Source of the DNA: Eledone cirrhosa
Taxonomy: Eukaryota
Assembly (NCBI GenBank): GCA_964016885.1
Contig: OZ024750.1
Location: 22,816,001-22,880,000, forward strand
Length of the DNA stretch: 64,000 nt
Direction of reading: 5' to 3'
Below are positions 1 to 13,700 of the stretch, one piece after another (the stretch's first letter is position 1; the number at the start of each line of letters is the position of its first letter). The notes beneath the pieces were generated by a model. That model worked only from the letters and a program-made list of their open reading frames with translations. It searched no databases and was not told where the DNA came from. The position numbers were made by a program, and so were the translations under genes.

Positions 1-589
1 GGACCAATTGATCGATTTTCCACCTCTCCAAATGTTAGCCTTGTGCTTAAATTAGAAATTATTATTATGTAAAGGTGTTTGACTTAATGGTTATGTTATT
101 GGGTTCACGATCTTGTGAGTTTGATTCCTGAACTAGGCGGTACATAGGGCCCTGGAACAAGACAATTTATTTTAAGTTGCTACAGTCCACTCTGTTGGAA
201 AAAATGAGTTGTAACAACAATGGTTGGTTTGTGATACTTCACAACCCATTCTTCTACTCCAGAATGCAATGTGTGGACTTGATAAAATATCTAGTACTCC
301 CTGCTTCTGGTTGTGACATATACTATGCCTTCCCACAGAATCAACTTTGTCACTTCCTCTCCTGGATCTCGTGTACAAGTTTCTGAGAAACAGTCAATAT
401 TCTTTGATCTTACTTATTCAGGGGAGGTTTCTGTACAGGCATTCATTTGTCATGTGGTGCTGCCCTCGACACATAGCAACAATCAAGACTCTTTTCTGGT
501 CGTTTCCTGAATGAGTCAACAGTGGGTAGGAACAGTTTCTGTGAACTAACAAACTGTAGCCACCCCATGTGAAATATGACATATAACAA

Positions 590-1510
590 GTATTTTAATA
601 ATAATGAAATTATTGTGTAAAGTGCTCAGGTGCACTACAACTCGTCAAAGATGCATGTATAGTTCATAGAATAATACACAAATGTCAGGGAAGTGAATAG
701 TGTATGAGTCATGATATACATGTGTGTATGGAAGAGGAACATTAGGTGTAGTATTGGCGAATCTCGGGAAGCATGGAGGCCTTAAAGGATGCAGTGTCTC
801 GACAGTTAACAACCGATGTAGGTAGTTTGCTTCAGCAACTCTAAGCGTGAAAAAATGTTTCCAAAAGTCATGGTAACTGTACTGTTTCCTGATTTTGTGG
901 GCATGCCCACGTGTGTTAGACACATGGAAATCAAAAAGGTACTCAGGGTTGTTGGCAAGATGGTTAACAATTTTGTGGGTGTTTACCAAGTCAGTTGCCA
1001 AACATCGGGGCTTCAATGTATCCATGCCCAGGGAAGCAAGGTGCTCAGAGTATGGTAGATGCCTGATGGAGGGTATTCGCTTGGTTGCACGTTTCTAAAC
1101 AGTTTCCAGGCAGTCAATGTTCTGAGCAAGATAGAATTTGCATCACCAGTGTGGCTGCACAATAGCCACGTACAGCCTTACATAGATAGCAAGACCTTTG
1201 TCAGCCACTCTCCAGCTGAGTGATGCTAAGACACCCTCGGCCCTCTTGACAATTTTAGAGATGTGCTTTGTCCAACGCAAATCGCTGCTGACCGTAATGC
1301 CCAGATCACGTTCACAAGAAAACTTCTTGATATTAGTGCTGTGGACGCTGGGTTTTTACTCCGAAAATGCATGGTGGTGCACTTGTCCACAGCTAGCTTG
1401 AGATCCATTGTTGCATTGTGTCCAGGTCAGACTGCAAGCAAGATCTAGTGTTCAGGATCTGTCCTTTATATCTCAAGGTACAGTTTGATGTCATCTGTGT
1501 ACTTTAGCAA
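590..1510 (-). mobile_element. Degraded CR1/L2-clade LINE 3' fragment (RT end and C-terminal region)
   Basis: Minus strand encodes YTDDIKLY near 1480-1502 (YADD-like). ORF 645..1025 reads ...DLVNTHKIVNHL...NTRGHAHKIRKQ...KHFFTLRV, the usual CR1-type C-terminal pattern. Frameshifted. Confidence 0.65.
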
Positions 1511-1798
1511 GGAAAATGGCCTTATGCTACAGTACTAAAGTAGAGGTTAGCATTGTGTACCCCATGACAAACTTCATTTCTTCCCCTTCCACTACATTCA
1601 TTTCTAACACTCCTTTTACCCAGTCAGTTTTATCTTTCTTCAATACAACTTAGTTATCTTATTCTATTTCTCAACAAATGACCCAGCTATCTCATGCCAT
1701 TTTATTTTCACAACGTTCATTATTATTACTATTCCTCTCCTAATTATTTTCATCCTTTCTCAACCATCTCATAATATTCTATTTTGTTTAAATATCAG

Positions 1799-1906
1799 GA
1801 AGAAACTGAGAAAGAAGCGACATTAAGAAAACGACAGAACTCAAATTACTTTGAACCAAAATCAGTTTGGAGACCTCCCAGTAGAACAGTAAAACCAACT
1901 CAGTAA
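1799..1906 (+). CDS. Possible terminal coding exon of an upstream gene (EETEKEATLRKRQNSNYFEPKSVWRPPSRTVKPTQ*)
   Basis: T-rich tract plus cag acceptor at 1796-1798, then 36 open codons ending TAA with protein-like composition. Gene not recognised; phase assumed 0. Confidence 0.35.
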   Translation, partial: EETEKEATLRKRQNSNYFEPKSVWRPPSRTVKPTQ

Positions 1907-4135
1907 TACAAAATATATTTAAGGTTTGAATATAACGTATTTTTGCATTTAGTTGCAGTGGCAATATATTTATTAGCCCCCTATGTGGGTGTCAGCAGAC
2001 CAAGCCTTGCTCACTGTTAATCCCAATTGGCATTATGAACATTTGCTTACCCATGTTATAGACTGGTCAGCTCAGCTCTACCCTATTTGATCTTCTGAGG
2101 CCCAACATTGTCAGATCGCACCAAATGTTCTTGGTCTTACTGTTACAGGTATTTACCATGGTAAGCATTCCTGAGTGGAAATGACTGATTAGGATGTAAC
2201 CATGGCCACTTACAAAATTAATCTAACATAGGTCCTGTTACATGTATTATAGTATGACTTGCTGGCCCCATGTTGTGAAAAATGACGGCTAATTGTAATA
2301 TCTCTATATATATATATATATATATGAAAAAAAAAAAACAGATGGTTGGTTCACGTTCACTCACACAGCTGTGACGAATCTTAGAACGCTGGATTTTTTA
2401 GCCCCCCTCACAGATGTGTATTAGACACTCCTAGTGTGTGATAAATACACAAGGCTATTCTATTAATAGATAGATTTTAGCCGTCATTGCACGGTTAAAC
2501 CAATTATTACATAGATACATTAAACAAAGGCTGTCCTTTTGATATACAACCTCACTGTGAACAAAAAAAGGAAGTGGCTAGAATATATTTTCAAATATAG
2601 TTGCTTCAGCAACCACTTAACTTCATGACTGCAAAGCAATATTTAAACCACTGTCACTGAATAATAGGTTGTAAAAACAAGACAGCCATTATAATCATTC
2701 ACGTATCTATGTAGTCTTAATTTCTTCCCCTTTCACATAACTGATCCAGAGGAGGGAAGGGAGAAATCGACCTGTGCTTTACTCATACTTTATTTATTGA
2801 CCCTAAAAGTACAATAGGCAAAGTTAGCTTCAGAAGATCGAATGCCCATATCACCTTCCCAGTAGGGAGATAAAACAACACCAAGGCAACTGTTTAATTC
2901 AAGTGATACGATACATTTATTTACAATAGATTGTATGTATTCAATGTTGTAATGTGAATGCAGTTTTATTTTAACTGGGGAGAAAATAATTCCTCAAACT
3001 AAGATATTTTATTTTTAAAAGAACACAGACTAACATAATAGATTATTAAAAACAATAAAGCCCTTATTTTTGGAGTGATTAATATGGGATATGAAACTTA
3101 GGTAAATAAAATGTTTTTTTTAAAACTTTACACAATAATGCATAAAAAATATATTTTATCCTTGAGAATAAGTGATAATCATTAAAAAAAAAAGTTTTTT
3201 TTTTCTTTTCCTTTTCTCATCAACCATTCTTCTAGAGAACATTAATTCTTTATTTGGCAGTGAAGAGCTGGTTCGATGTCAGTATTTTTTTAAAGACAAT
3301 ACTTTTGAAGAACAAAGATAACTACATACAACGAAATTATAAATTCCTATACAAAAGGTTTGCACAAAATTTTTTTTAAAAGAGAGGAACATTAACTCTT
3401 AACATCCTGTAATGATGCATATAATATCTAAAAACTTTAATGTGATAACAATCATAGTGTTTTGTACATTTCAAGAATGTCTTGCTAATGATATTTCCTT
3501 TGATACAGGATGTTAAGAGTTTCAGGTAAAGACATGCATATTAATTACGTGACTTAATGAACTAAAGAGAGACAACTGATAAAATACAAGGACCTGTTGG
3601 TTTCGAAAATGAGAGTTTCACTTCGTTTATTTCAACGTGTAAAAGTATTACTTATGATGGATGCATATTCTCATACATAGCTCATTTACACATGTTCAGT
3701 GTAAATTGTCACCTAACACAAACAAATTTTCACATTCAAGGACACACACATACACCATTCAATAAAAGCAAAGCTATGAAAAAAAAAAAATGCAATATGA
3801 TGTACATTCAATTTCATGTGATGATATCAAGCCAAGAACAGTGAATATGTTATTAAATATTTCATTTGTTATAGAATCTGGATGAGAGACTTTAACAAGG
3901 CAACAATGATGATAATAAATATGAGTTGTTTTTTTAAATATTCAATTTCTTATTAAAACGAAATACTTTCTTCAGGCATTTCCAGATGTTTTTTATGCTA
4001 CACTTTACAACCTAAAAATTAATTTTAAAAGCATTGTGATGATATTCCTGCGATTTACTTCATTTTCCGATGTATAAAACAAACATTTTTAATATTCACC
4101 CAAATAAGGTAAATGTTTTAATTATACATGATCAT

Positions 4136-4319
4136 TTAACCCTTGAGCATTTAAACCGGCCAAAATTCAAACCAGCCATAACTGGCTGTGCACACTGATG
4201 TTAAGGTTTTGTTCTCAATATAAATTATATCAAAATCTCAGATTTGATATTGTGTGATAAAGCCGTTACCAAGAAAATACAATAGTATATATAGAGTAAT
4301 GTAAATGCTAAAGGGTTAA
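4136..4319. mobile_element. piggyBac-type MITE (TTAA-CCC...GGG-TTAA)
   Basis: ttaacccttgagcattta...taaatgctaaagggttaa; terminal inverted repeats with TTAA duplication; many related copies in the window. Confidence 0.7.
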
Positions 4320-4508
4320 GAAATAGAAGAGAAAAAAAAACCCTGGATCATATGAAATATAAAATTACTTCCCCGCCCTATTCAAATATAGTTAATTATT
4401 CAACTCCATCTCATGCTATATATACAACTGTGGAATGATAAATGGTATATATATATATATTTTGAAATGTCCCCTTCCCCTGCAAAACATATTTACACAA
4501 GACAACTC

Positions 4509-4798
4509 CTAACGACCTGACCGCGTTACTCTCCTTACAGGACTTTTTTTCGTTGTAGACTTAGCTGCTGATTTCAGGGGAGTCTTACTAGTTGATGCTG
4601 ATTGCGTTGTCTGTGATTTAACGAGAGATGTGCTTTTCTTTTGAGCTGCTGCACGACTTTTTGTGGACACTTGGGCCTTAGTCTCACCCTCATCCTCTTT
4701 ACTTTTCACAGCAGCACGTCGACTTTGTCGGACTGGTTTCTTGTTTTCCTTTGACTTCACTTCAGGTTCAACTTGAAACCGGACTACCTTGGCAGGAG
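4509..4798 (-). CDS. MKI67: MKI67-like last coding exon (basic C-terminus ...SPVRRVTRSGR*)
   Basis: Contains ORF 4509..4760; cag acceptor, TAG stop. Confidence 0.8.
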
Positions 4799-7700
4799 CT
4801 GATTATTTTGAAATAAAATATATACACATATAAAATAAACAAATTAAATAAATAACTGTAAATAGAGTAATGTGCAGATGAAAATTTTGTGCAATTAAAC
4901 ATAAAAATTTGGTGGGGGTAATCAATGACAACTAGTTATAAACATGGGCGGAGGTGGTGAGAGCAGACCTCAGATCGCTGAAACTCACCGAGGAGATGAA
5001 TAGGGCCCGTCCAACCCTTGCAAGCAGGGAAAAGCGGACGTAAAATGATGATGATGATGATTGCATGGTCCTGTAACTCCCGAGGGAGTCATATTGACAT
5101 ACAGCGTTTCTAGGGCATTTTAAAGCCCGTTTGTACACCCAGACCTTTATTATTATTAAACTGGTGTTTGGAACATATTAGCAAACATGCTAACAGAAAA
5201 TATGAGCAGTGGAATTTGAACTCAGAGCAGTGAGCTGGAACAAATACCACAAGGCATTTTACACTATACTTTAACCCTTTTGTGACAATATTTCCTATAA
5301 AATATATTCTTTTTCAATTAATTAATAAAGAATTTTGATGGTTCTTATATAAAATAATATTGGAAGATTTAGCGACCAGTTTTGGTATCGAGAGGGTTAA
5401 TGACTTTGCTAATTTGACACTATATCTGTATTTGCAAAGTACCACAATTGAAGTTTGGTTTCAATTGCCTTAGACAAAAAAAAAAAAAAATCTATCTCCA
5501 AAACAGTCAAACAAAACGTTCCTGTTAATTTTAATTTGATGGATGTAAAAGGTTATCAGATGGAGAAAATTTTAGTAATTTGGTAATGAAAGTTATTGGA
5601 ATAAAGGATGGTATGTAATATTTGATAAAGGATTTACAGTGACAAATGTAGCTTTAGTAATAGCAATCAGAGAATTGTGCCATAGGAATGGCACCATTGT
5701 TGGAGAAAGTGGGGAGGAAGAAGAACATATGTATCAACACTACAATAGTTCTTGGCCCGTTTTACACCTACACACTTCACATACATATTGCCAAACAACC
5801 TAATATAATGTGGTTATTCAAAAGAAGCTCCAACAATTACATACCAGTTTCTTCTGAGTCCTTTACATCATCAACAGCCAAGTCTTCAACAACTCTGCAA
5901 GAGAAAGTTAATAAAGTTTTTATATTTATTGTGTCCAAAAATAAAAAAAAAATTGAATTAACTTTATTGATACCATACTGCATCTGGTTCTAAAACACTA
6001 AGCTGAAGTGTTTACATTTATCTAAAAACCTCATTATATTAACCCTTTAGCATTTAAACCAGCCATATCCAGCCAGAATTCTTTCACTTCTTTCTGTTCA
6101 AACTGGCCGCTCATATCTACAATAAACTGTTCTAAAAAGAATTACATCAAAATCTCAGATTGGATATTATGTGAGGTAATTATGTAAGATAAAACATTTA
6201 CCATAAAAATACATATATAGAGTAATGTAAATGTAGAACATTTATCTTAAAAATGAATGAGTTGTTTAACTAAATCACTTCAAATTCTTGATCATTTTTC
6301 ATTAGAAATATGGTGATGAAAGGGTTAAAAATTAGAAAATAAAAATAGTTAATAATCAAATACCCCCACCTCACAAAAAAAAAAAAAACAAAAAAAAAAA
6401 CATACTTGGCTTGTCTGGTTTTCTGGATCCTGGCAGTTTTAGGAGCAGTTCTTTTTCTGGTGGTTCTTCTATAAAAGAAAATTACTCTAACTTTAAAATT
6501 CAGTTACAAATTTTATAATTAGCATGCAGCAGACAGCTGAAAAGAACAGAAATGAGCATAGTTTGCTGGATGAAAAGAGTATCACTGACAGAGAAAGCCA
6601 AGGATTGAATTGCTGAATGTGTTGGCAACAGAGCAAGTGATAAATGTTAAGGGAAATGAGATGGTTGATCATATGTTGAGAAAGGATGAAAATGAGTGGG
6701 CAAGGGGAATTCCAGTAACATGAAACTTGTCATATTTTTAAATCAGGCAACACGTGTTTTTGAACAAGGCATTTCATTTTATGTTTCTTTTATCAATCGA
6801 ACTGGGGCTCCTATCAATAAAACACCTGAGAAACTTCCTGAGATATATACGACTTTGTAGTAAGTCAGCTAAACCTGTACAAGTATGTGCTGTAAATTTC
6901 ATGTTTACATATTAAAATTAAAACATGAATAGGTAAATTCAGGTCATCTGAGATGCTTTGGTATATCAAGCATGTCGATAATGGAAGAGATAATCACATC
7001 ATTGTTTAACATTCGTTTTCCCTGCTAGCAAGAGTTGGCAGGTACATCTTATATTCCTATACTCTATAGAGTGCATCGAGTGCATTATAATGCGATACCA
7101 GTACTAGGGAGGTTATCATGTCTTTGACACAACTAAAGAGTTGTCTTGACCTTTTGATTGGCAAGCTTTCTATGGCTGGATGCCCTTTCTTATAAAATAA
7201 TAAAGAAATAATTACATTTTTGGAGATTCTTCTGAAATTGTATCAACATTTTCAGAAATCTTCTCCAATGCTTTCCCTGGCTTAGCTGGTGAAGCCTGAA
7301 ATTTAAAGATAATAGAGAGGTTTTAACAAATATGTGAACTGTAAGGACAAAAATCAAAATAGAAAAGAGGAATACATAAAAGTCATACCATCATCATCAA
7401 TTTATGTCTACTTTTCCATGGTTGCACGAGTTAGAATGAGACTGAGTTTGGTTGTCTACATCCTGATGCCAATTTTTAACTTATTTCCTGATATGGTGTT
7501 TAACCACAATGCTGGTGTTTATAAAACATTTTGCAGACTGGTATACACACACATACGATAGGCTTCCTTAGTTTTCACCGACCAAATTCACACAAGTATT
7601 GGTTAGTCTGGGGCTACAGTAGAAAACAGTTGCCATGGTGCTATGTGTTTGCCAAGTGAATCTCTAAACCAAACAGCCATTATACCCCAATTAAATATAA

Positions 7701-10700
7701 TTCCTAAAAATGTATTCTTTACTGTTAAGAAGTCGGCATCGATTCAATTTCACAGTTGAACACCATCAGCAAGTGTCTTCTATCATGGTCTCAGGTTGAT
7801 GAAAGCATTGTAAGTAAAATTTGGCTGACAGAAACTGTGCAGAAGCTTGTTTGTTCAGTTTAGAAAAGCTATGCTGTATCTCTGCATATCATAAAAGACT
7901 AAAAGTATTGGTGCCAAGTAGAGTATTTGGCCATAAAAAATTGCTTCAAAAAGGAAGTCTATTATGGGATCTGCAAGGTTATCACTGCTTTGGTAGGGAA
8001 AATGCCCTTGTTGCAGTGTGTATGTGTGTGTGTATATATATATATATATAGACAATAGGCTTCTGTACAGATTTCACCTATCAAGTTCAGTCACAAGGCA
8101 TTGCTCAGCCCCATGCTATAGAAGTTACTAGCCTAAGTTGCCATGCAGTGGGATCAAACCTAGAACCATAGTCATATACGAAACAGAAAACCAAAACAAT
8201 ACATTACTTACCACAAGTACTTTCTTGCTAGAACTTTCTAGATTGTCCTCTTCAAGACCAGATTTTTGGGCAGACCTTTTAGTAGTTCTCTTACTAGCAC
8301 CTACTGTTGTCACTTCAGTAACACTGTCTTCCATGGACATTTTACTTGAAACAGCTCTGGTCGATCTCGTTTTCCTTGATTTTATTCCAGTAGGACTACA
8401 TTCATTAGACACAGCTTTACTATTATCTTTCTCACATACATCTTCCTTACTGGTTGTTTTTTCTTGAATAACCTTTAAAGGGGTTGATTTTTCTTTTCCT
8501 TTAGAAACTGTTAACTTTTTACAGGTCCTACCTTTCCTTGGAGCTTTTACTGGTGAATCAACAGTATTTAAATCAATATCACCATTAGTTTCATTACAAA
8601 CTGTTTCTTTCTCAACCACTGGTAATATTTCCTCTATAATAACCACATCTTTAGCAGCAGTCAGCTTCTTTGGAACACTCCTTGTACTTCGCGTAGATCT
8701 TACTGCTTTGGTTGTCATTTTCACAGCAGAGTTGGTGCTGGCTGCAGTCCTAGAGGCTCGGCTATTACGAGAGGTTGTTGCTTCTGCAGGGTAAAAAATC
8801 TCACAGTCAATGATTTGAGGCTCTTCATTAGAAACCTGCAGAATTTTAGAACTTGCTTTCTTATTTCTACCTCGGGCAACAGGACTAGCCTTCTTAAAAA
8901 TCACACTGGCAGTACGACTGGCTCTTTTAGGAGCTACTCTGGCAACAGGGCTGGGGCTAGCCTTCTTGGGTGTTACTTTGGTAGCAGGGCTAGCCTTCTT
9001 TGTAGCACGAGTGGTCTTCTTAGGTGTTACTTCGGTAGCAGGGCTAGCTTTTTTCATAGTAACATTGGTAGCACGAGTGGTCTTCCTTGCTGTAACCTTA
9101 GCAACAGGACTGGCCTTCTTGGAAGTTACTCTGGCAGCACGACTGGCCTTTTTGGGTGTCACTTTGGGAGAAAGGGTGGCTTTTTTAGGCGACGCTTTGG
9201 GCGAAGGGGTGGCTTTTGTAGGAGACGCTTTGGGCGAAGGGGTGGCTTTTGTAGGAGACGCTTTGGGCGAAGGGGTGGCTATTGTAGGAGACGCCTTGGG
9301 CGAAGGGGTGGCATTTTTAGGTGACGCCTTGGGCGAAGGGGTGGCTTTTTTCGGTGACGCTCTGGCCGAAGGGGTGGCTTTTTTCGGTGACGCTCTGGCC
9401 GAAGGGGTGGCTTTTTTCGGTGACGCTCTGGCCGAAGGGGTGGCTTTTTTCGGTGACGCTCTGGCCGAAGGGGTGGCTTTTTTCGGTGACGCTCTGGCCG
9501 AAGGGGTGGCTTTTTTCGGTGACACTTTGAGCGAAGGGGTGGCTTTTTTCGGTGACACTTTGAGCGAAGGGGTGGCTTTTTTCGGTGACACTTTGGGCGA
9601 AGGGGTGGCTTTTTTCGGTGACACTTTGGGCGAAGGGGTGGCTTTTTTCGGTGACAATTTGGGCGAAGGGGTGGCTTTTTTCGGTGACACTTTGGGCGAA
9701 GGGGTGGCTTTTTTCGGTGACACTTTGGGTGAAGGGGTGGCTTTTTTCGGTGACACTTTGGGCGAAGGGGTGGCTTTTTTCGGTGACACTTTGGGCGAAG
9801 GGGTGGCTTTTTTCGGTGACACTTTGGGCGAAGAGGTGGCTTTCTTAGGTGACACTTTGGGCGAAGAGGTGGCTTTCTTAGGTGACACTTTGGGTGAAGA
9901 GGTGGCTTTCTTAGGTGACACTTTGGGCGAAGAGGTGGCTTTCTTAGGTGACACTTTGGGCGAAGAGGTGGCTTTTTTTGATGTCACTTTAGCAGCATGG
10001 GTAGTCTTCCTGGGAGTCACTGTACCCTTCTTGGAGATTCCCTTGGCCACAGGGCTGATTATTGTAGGAGTGACATTAAAGGTCATTTTGGCAGCCTCGG
10101 TTGGGCTGGCCTTCTTAGGACTGACACATTTTGGTGAAAAGAATAATTGTTGAATCCCTTCCAGATCACAATTACTGACTTTATGTTGTAAGAAGAGATT
10201 TTTAATCCCAAATAGTTTAGGACTCTCAGACTTCTTAACTGACCTCATCAGTTCTCGGACACCTTTCAAACTAGGGCTTGTTAACTTATTGACTTGCATC
10301 ACCTCTTTAATTCCAGTTAAAACCTCAGATTTTCTTCGTGGAGTCTTCATTAGTTCCTTCATTCCAACTAATATTTCAGATTGTGTTTTGGGAGTTTTAA
10401 ACATTTCCTTTACGCCAACCAATTTAGCAGACATCCTGCGTTTTGGTGTCTTTAGCAACTTTCTCACTCCCTTCAAATTCATAGATTTACGATCTTTAGG
10501 AGTTTTAAGCATTTCTTTAACGCCAATCAATTTAGTAGACGCTTGATGTTTTGGTGTCTTCAGAGATTTACGACCTTTGGGAGTTTTAAGCATTTCCTTA
10601 ATGCCAACCAATTTAGCAGATTCTCTGCGTTTGGGAGTTTTAAGGGTCTCTTTAAGGCCAATCAGTTTAGCAGATGTTCTGCGTTTGGAAGGTTTCTTCA

Positions 10701-13700
10701 ATTCGTCTAAAAATGGACTATTAACTTTGTGTGAATCAGCAGACACTGAAGATTTCAAAGGTGAGACAAACATGTGTGAGGGTGCAGCCGGACTGTCAGG
10801 GATGGAATTATACAAATCACTTTCATTAAAAGGTGATGCCAGTATTTTAGCCTGAAAGGAGAAAATGTCAGATGAATAGATACATGCCCAAAACAAGATA
10901 TATGGCATAAGAGAAATATGATCTGAAATACAGTGGATTCATGATTGTATTTATCTTAGGTATTAATAAACCTGGGCAAAGCCAGGTATTGCTGCTAGTT
11001 ATATAAAAGAATAAGTAGCAAACAATTGGAATCATGACAGAAAATTCACAAGAAATGATTAATTAGACAATTTCTTACACACACACGTATATATATATAT
11101 ATATACTTACTGGTGCTGGAGATTTTGCATTCTTTAATAGTTTTCCAACAAGAATTGTTGCTGGAGAATTAATATGACCAGTACTTGCGATTGAGGCCAA
11201 CACTTTCCTGCGAGGGGTCACTGGATATATTTTCTGTTGACAGAAAAGGCAATACTATTAATAACAATAACAAACAATACGATGTATGATAGTAGCTGAT
11301 AACCAACTATTCACATATTAAATGAGCAGACGAAGCCTGTTGGATGAACTGTACCTGCAATTCAAAGAGCTTTGCTATGCCAGATCTCCCTGAGAAACAC
11401 ATTAAAGTTACATATGTCTGTGGAATGCTCAGCCACTTACTGGCTGTTCCACTCATCAAACAACTGGAACACTTGTTGAAACTGAGGTCAATTGAATATT
11501 AAATGATTAACTGATATAACCAATATACATTTTTATAAATAGCAACATTGAACATTAAACTACATTCTTTTTACTTTTACTAATTTCAGTCCCATGACTG
11601 GCCATGCTGGGCCACCACCTTAACCCTTTCGCATTTACATTACTCTATATTTACTATTGTATTTTCATGGTAAAGACTTTACCTCACAGAATTATCTCAC
11701 ATATCGAATCTATGAGATTGATATTTATTTTGAGAACAAGTCAGCATGAGGGGCCAGTTAGGGCTGTTTGAACAGAAAGAGGTGAGAGAATTCTGGCCAG
11801 ATACAGTTAGTATGCTAAAGGGTTAAAGTTGATCATATCAACCCAGTAATCATTTTTTCACATCTTTTTGTTGAACCACTAAATTACAGGACATAACCAG
11901 ACATGGACACATATACAAAACTAAGAAAATGTTTCACGTTAATAAGCTATGTAAAGTTGAATGTGAAATGTGCACCCTCTCTCACCATAAAATCAGTGAT
12001 AAATATCCTGACAGTAATCCTGGTATTCATTTTTAAAATAAGACAGACACACAGAGAGAAGAGATTTAGCTAAATAAATGGTCTTAAGAACCTATAGTAC
12101 TAAGTTAAGCAAAAGGAATTTGTTAAATACAAAGACAATAATTTCACACTAAATGTTCAACATTATATCAAAGGGTGGTGGATTGGCAGTATTGCTAGAG
12201 CGTCAGACACCATGCTTTGCAACATAGTTATGGCCCTTTATGATCTGAGTTCAAATCCCGCCGAGGTTAACAGTAATGTACTGGGATAATTACTGGCCTT
12301 GTGCTAAAAGTAGAAACAATTATATCAAATGCTACAAATGCAAGTACCTTCTACCATATCGATGGGTTGACCAAAGCCTTGCAGAGGAAAATTAGTAGAT
12401 GGAAACTGTGGAATTCTTTCAGAGAGACAATTCCTGGCTCTTGAATGTCATTAGCGAAATTAACAACTCCCAGCCCTATAATTAAAAGCAACATGAAATC
12501 AAGTGTTTTGCTTGAAAACATTTGCTGCTTGGTCCAGGAATCAAACCCATGACCTTATGATCGAGAGTTCAATACCATAACCATTAACCCATTAGCATTT
12601 AAACCAGCCATAACCAGTTGCTCATACTTATGTTAAGGTATTGTTCTTAGAAATAATATCAAAATCTCGTAAATTCGATATCATGTGGGACAATAGTAAA
12701 TATAGAGTAATTCAAATGCTAAAGGGTTAAGCCATCTGCTGGTGTTTGGAGCATAACACAGAATTTTACATAAAATTTAAACACCTTAAAACACATTTTC
12801 GTATCGTAGAACCAGTCCAAAAGGTTAATCAAATTGAATGATTCTAGAAAATTCAATATACACATACCTTGTGAGATAAGGAAATGGCAGTCACAACCTT
12901 GGTTTTTGGTTTAAAAGCAGCCACCACTGCCTTCTTGTTAACTCTCACTTTTTTTGCTCCCTGTTTAACAATCTGGGACCAGAGGGGTTTTCCAGCTTTA
13001 TGGAGAGACTTCCTAGCAGACTTTCTTCTATGGATATTTCTTAGAATCTTGGCCTTTGTCTCATCAGATTTGGGAGTTTTTATTTTAATACTAATGCCAG
13101 GCATCCTTACTACGGACCTTCTCTGAGAAGTGGATGCTAACGAAACTACCAATAAATCAGATTTTGGTGTGCCCTCCGGCGAAACCTTCACAGACTTTGG
13201 TGTGCCCTTCGGGGACACCTTCGCAGACTTTGGTGTGCCCTTCGGAGACACCTTCGCGGACTTTGGTGTGCCCTTCGGTGAAACCTTCGCGGACTTTGGT
13301 GTGCCCTTCGGTGAAACCTTCGCGGACTTTGGTGTGCCCTTCGGTGAAACCTTCGCAGACTTTGGTGTGCCCTTCGGTGACACCTTCGCGGACTTTGGTG
13401 TGCCCTTCGGGGACACCTTCGCGGACTTTGGTGTGCCCTTCGGGGACACCTTCGCGGACTTTGGTGTGCCCTTCGGGGACACCTTCGCGGACTTTGGTGT
13501 GCCCTTCGCAGACTTTGGTGTGCCCTTCGGTGACACCTTCGTGGATATTGGTGTGCCCTTCGGTGAAACCTTCACGGATTTTGGTGTGCCCTTTGGTGAC
13601 ACCCACACAGATATTGGTGTGCCTTTTGGCGACACCTTCACGGACTTTGGAGTGCCCTGCGGTGACACCTTCACAGACTTTGGTGTGCCCTGTGGTGACA

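Noticed and set aside
8966-10153. 395-aa plus-strand ORF (and overlapping 8815, 9321, 9585 ORFs)
   Set aside because: Stop-free antisense shadows of the 33-bp coding repeat; no independent gene evidence.
12172-12270. tRNA gene
   Set aside because: A- and B-box-like motifs only, no clean cloverleaf; multi-copy with a SINE body.
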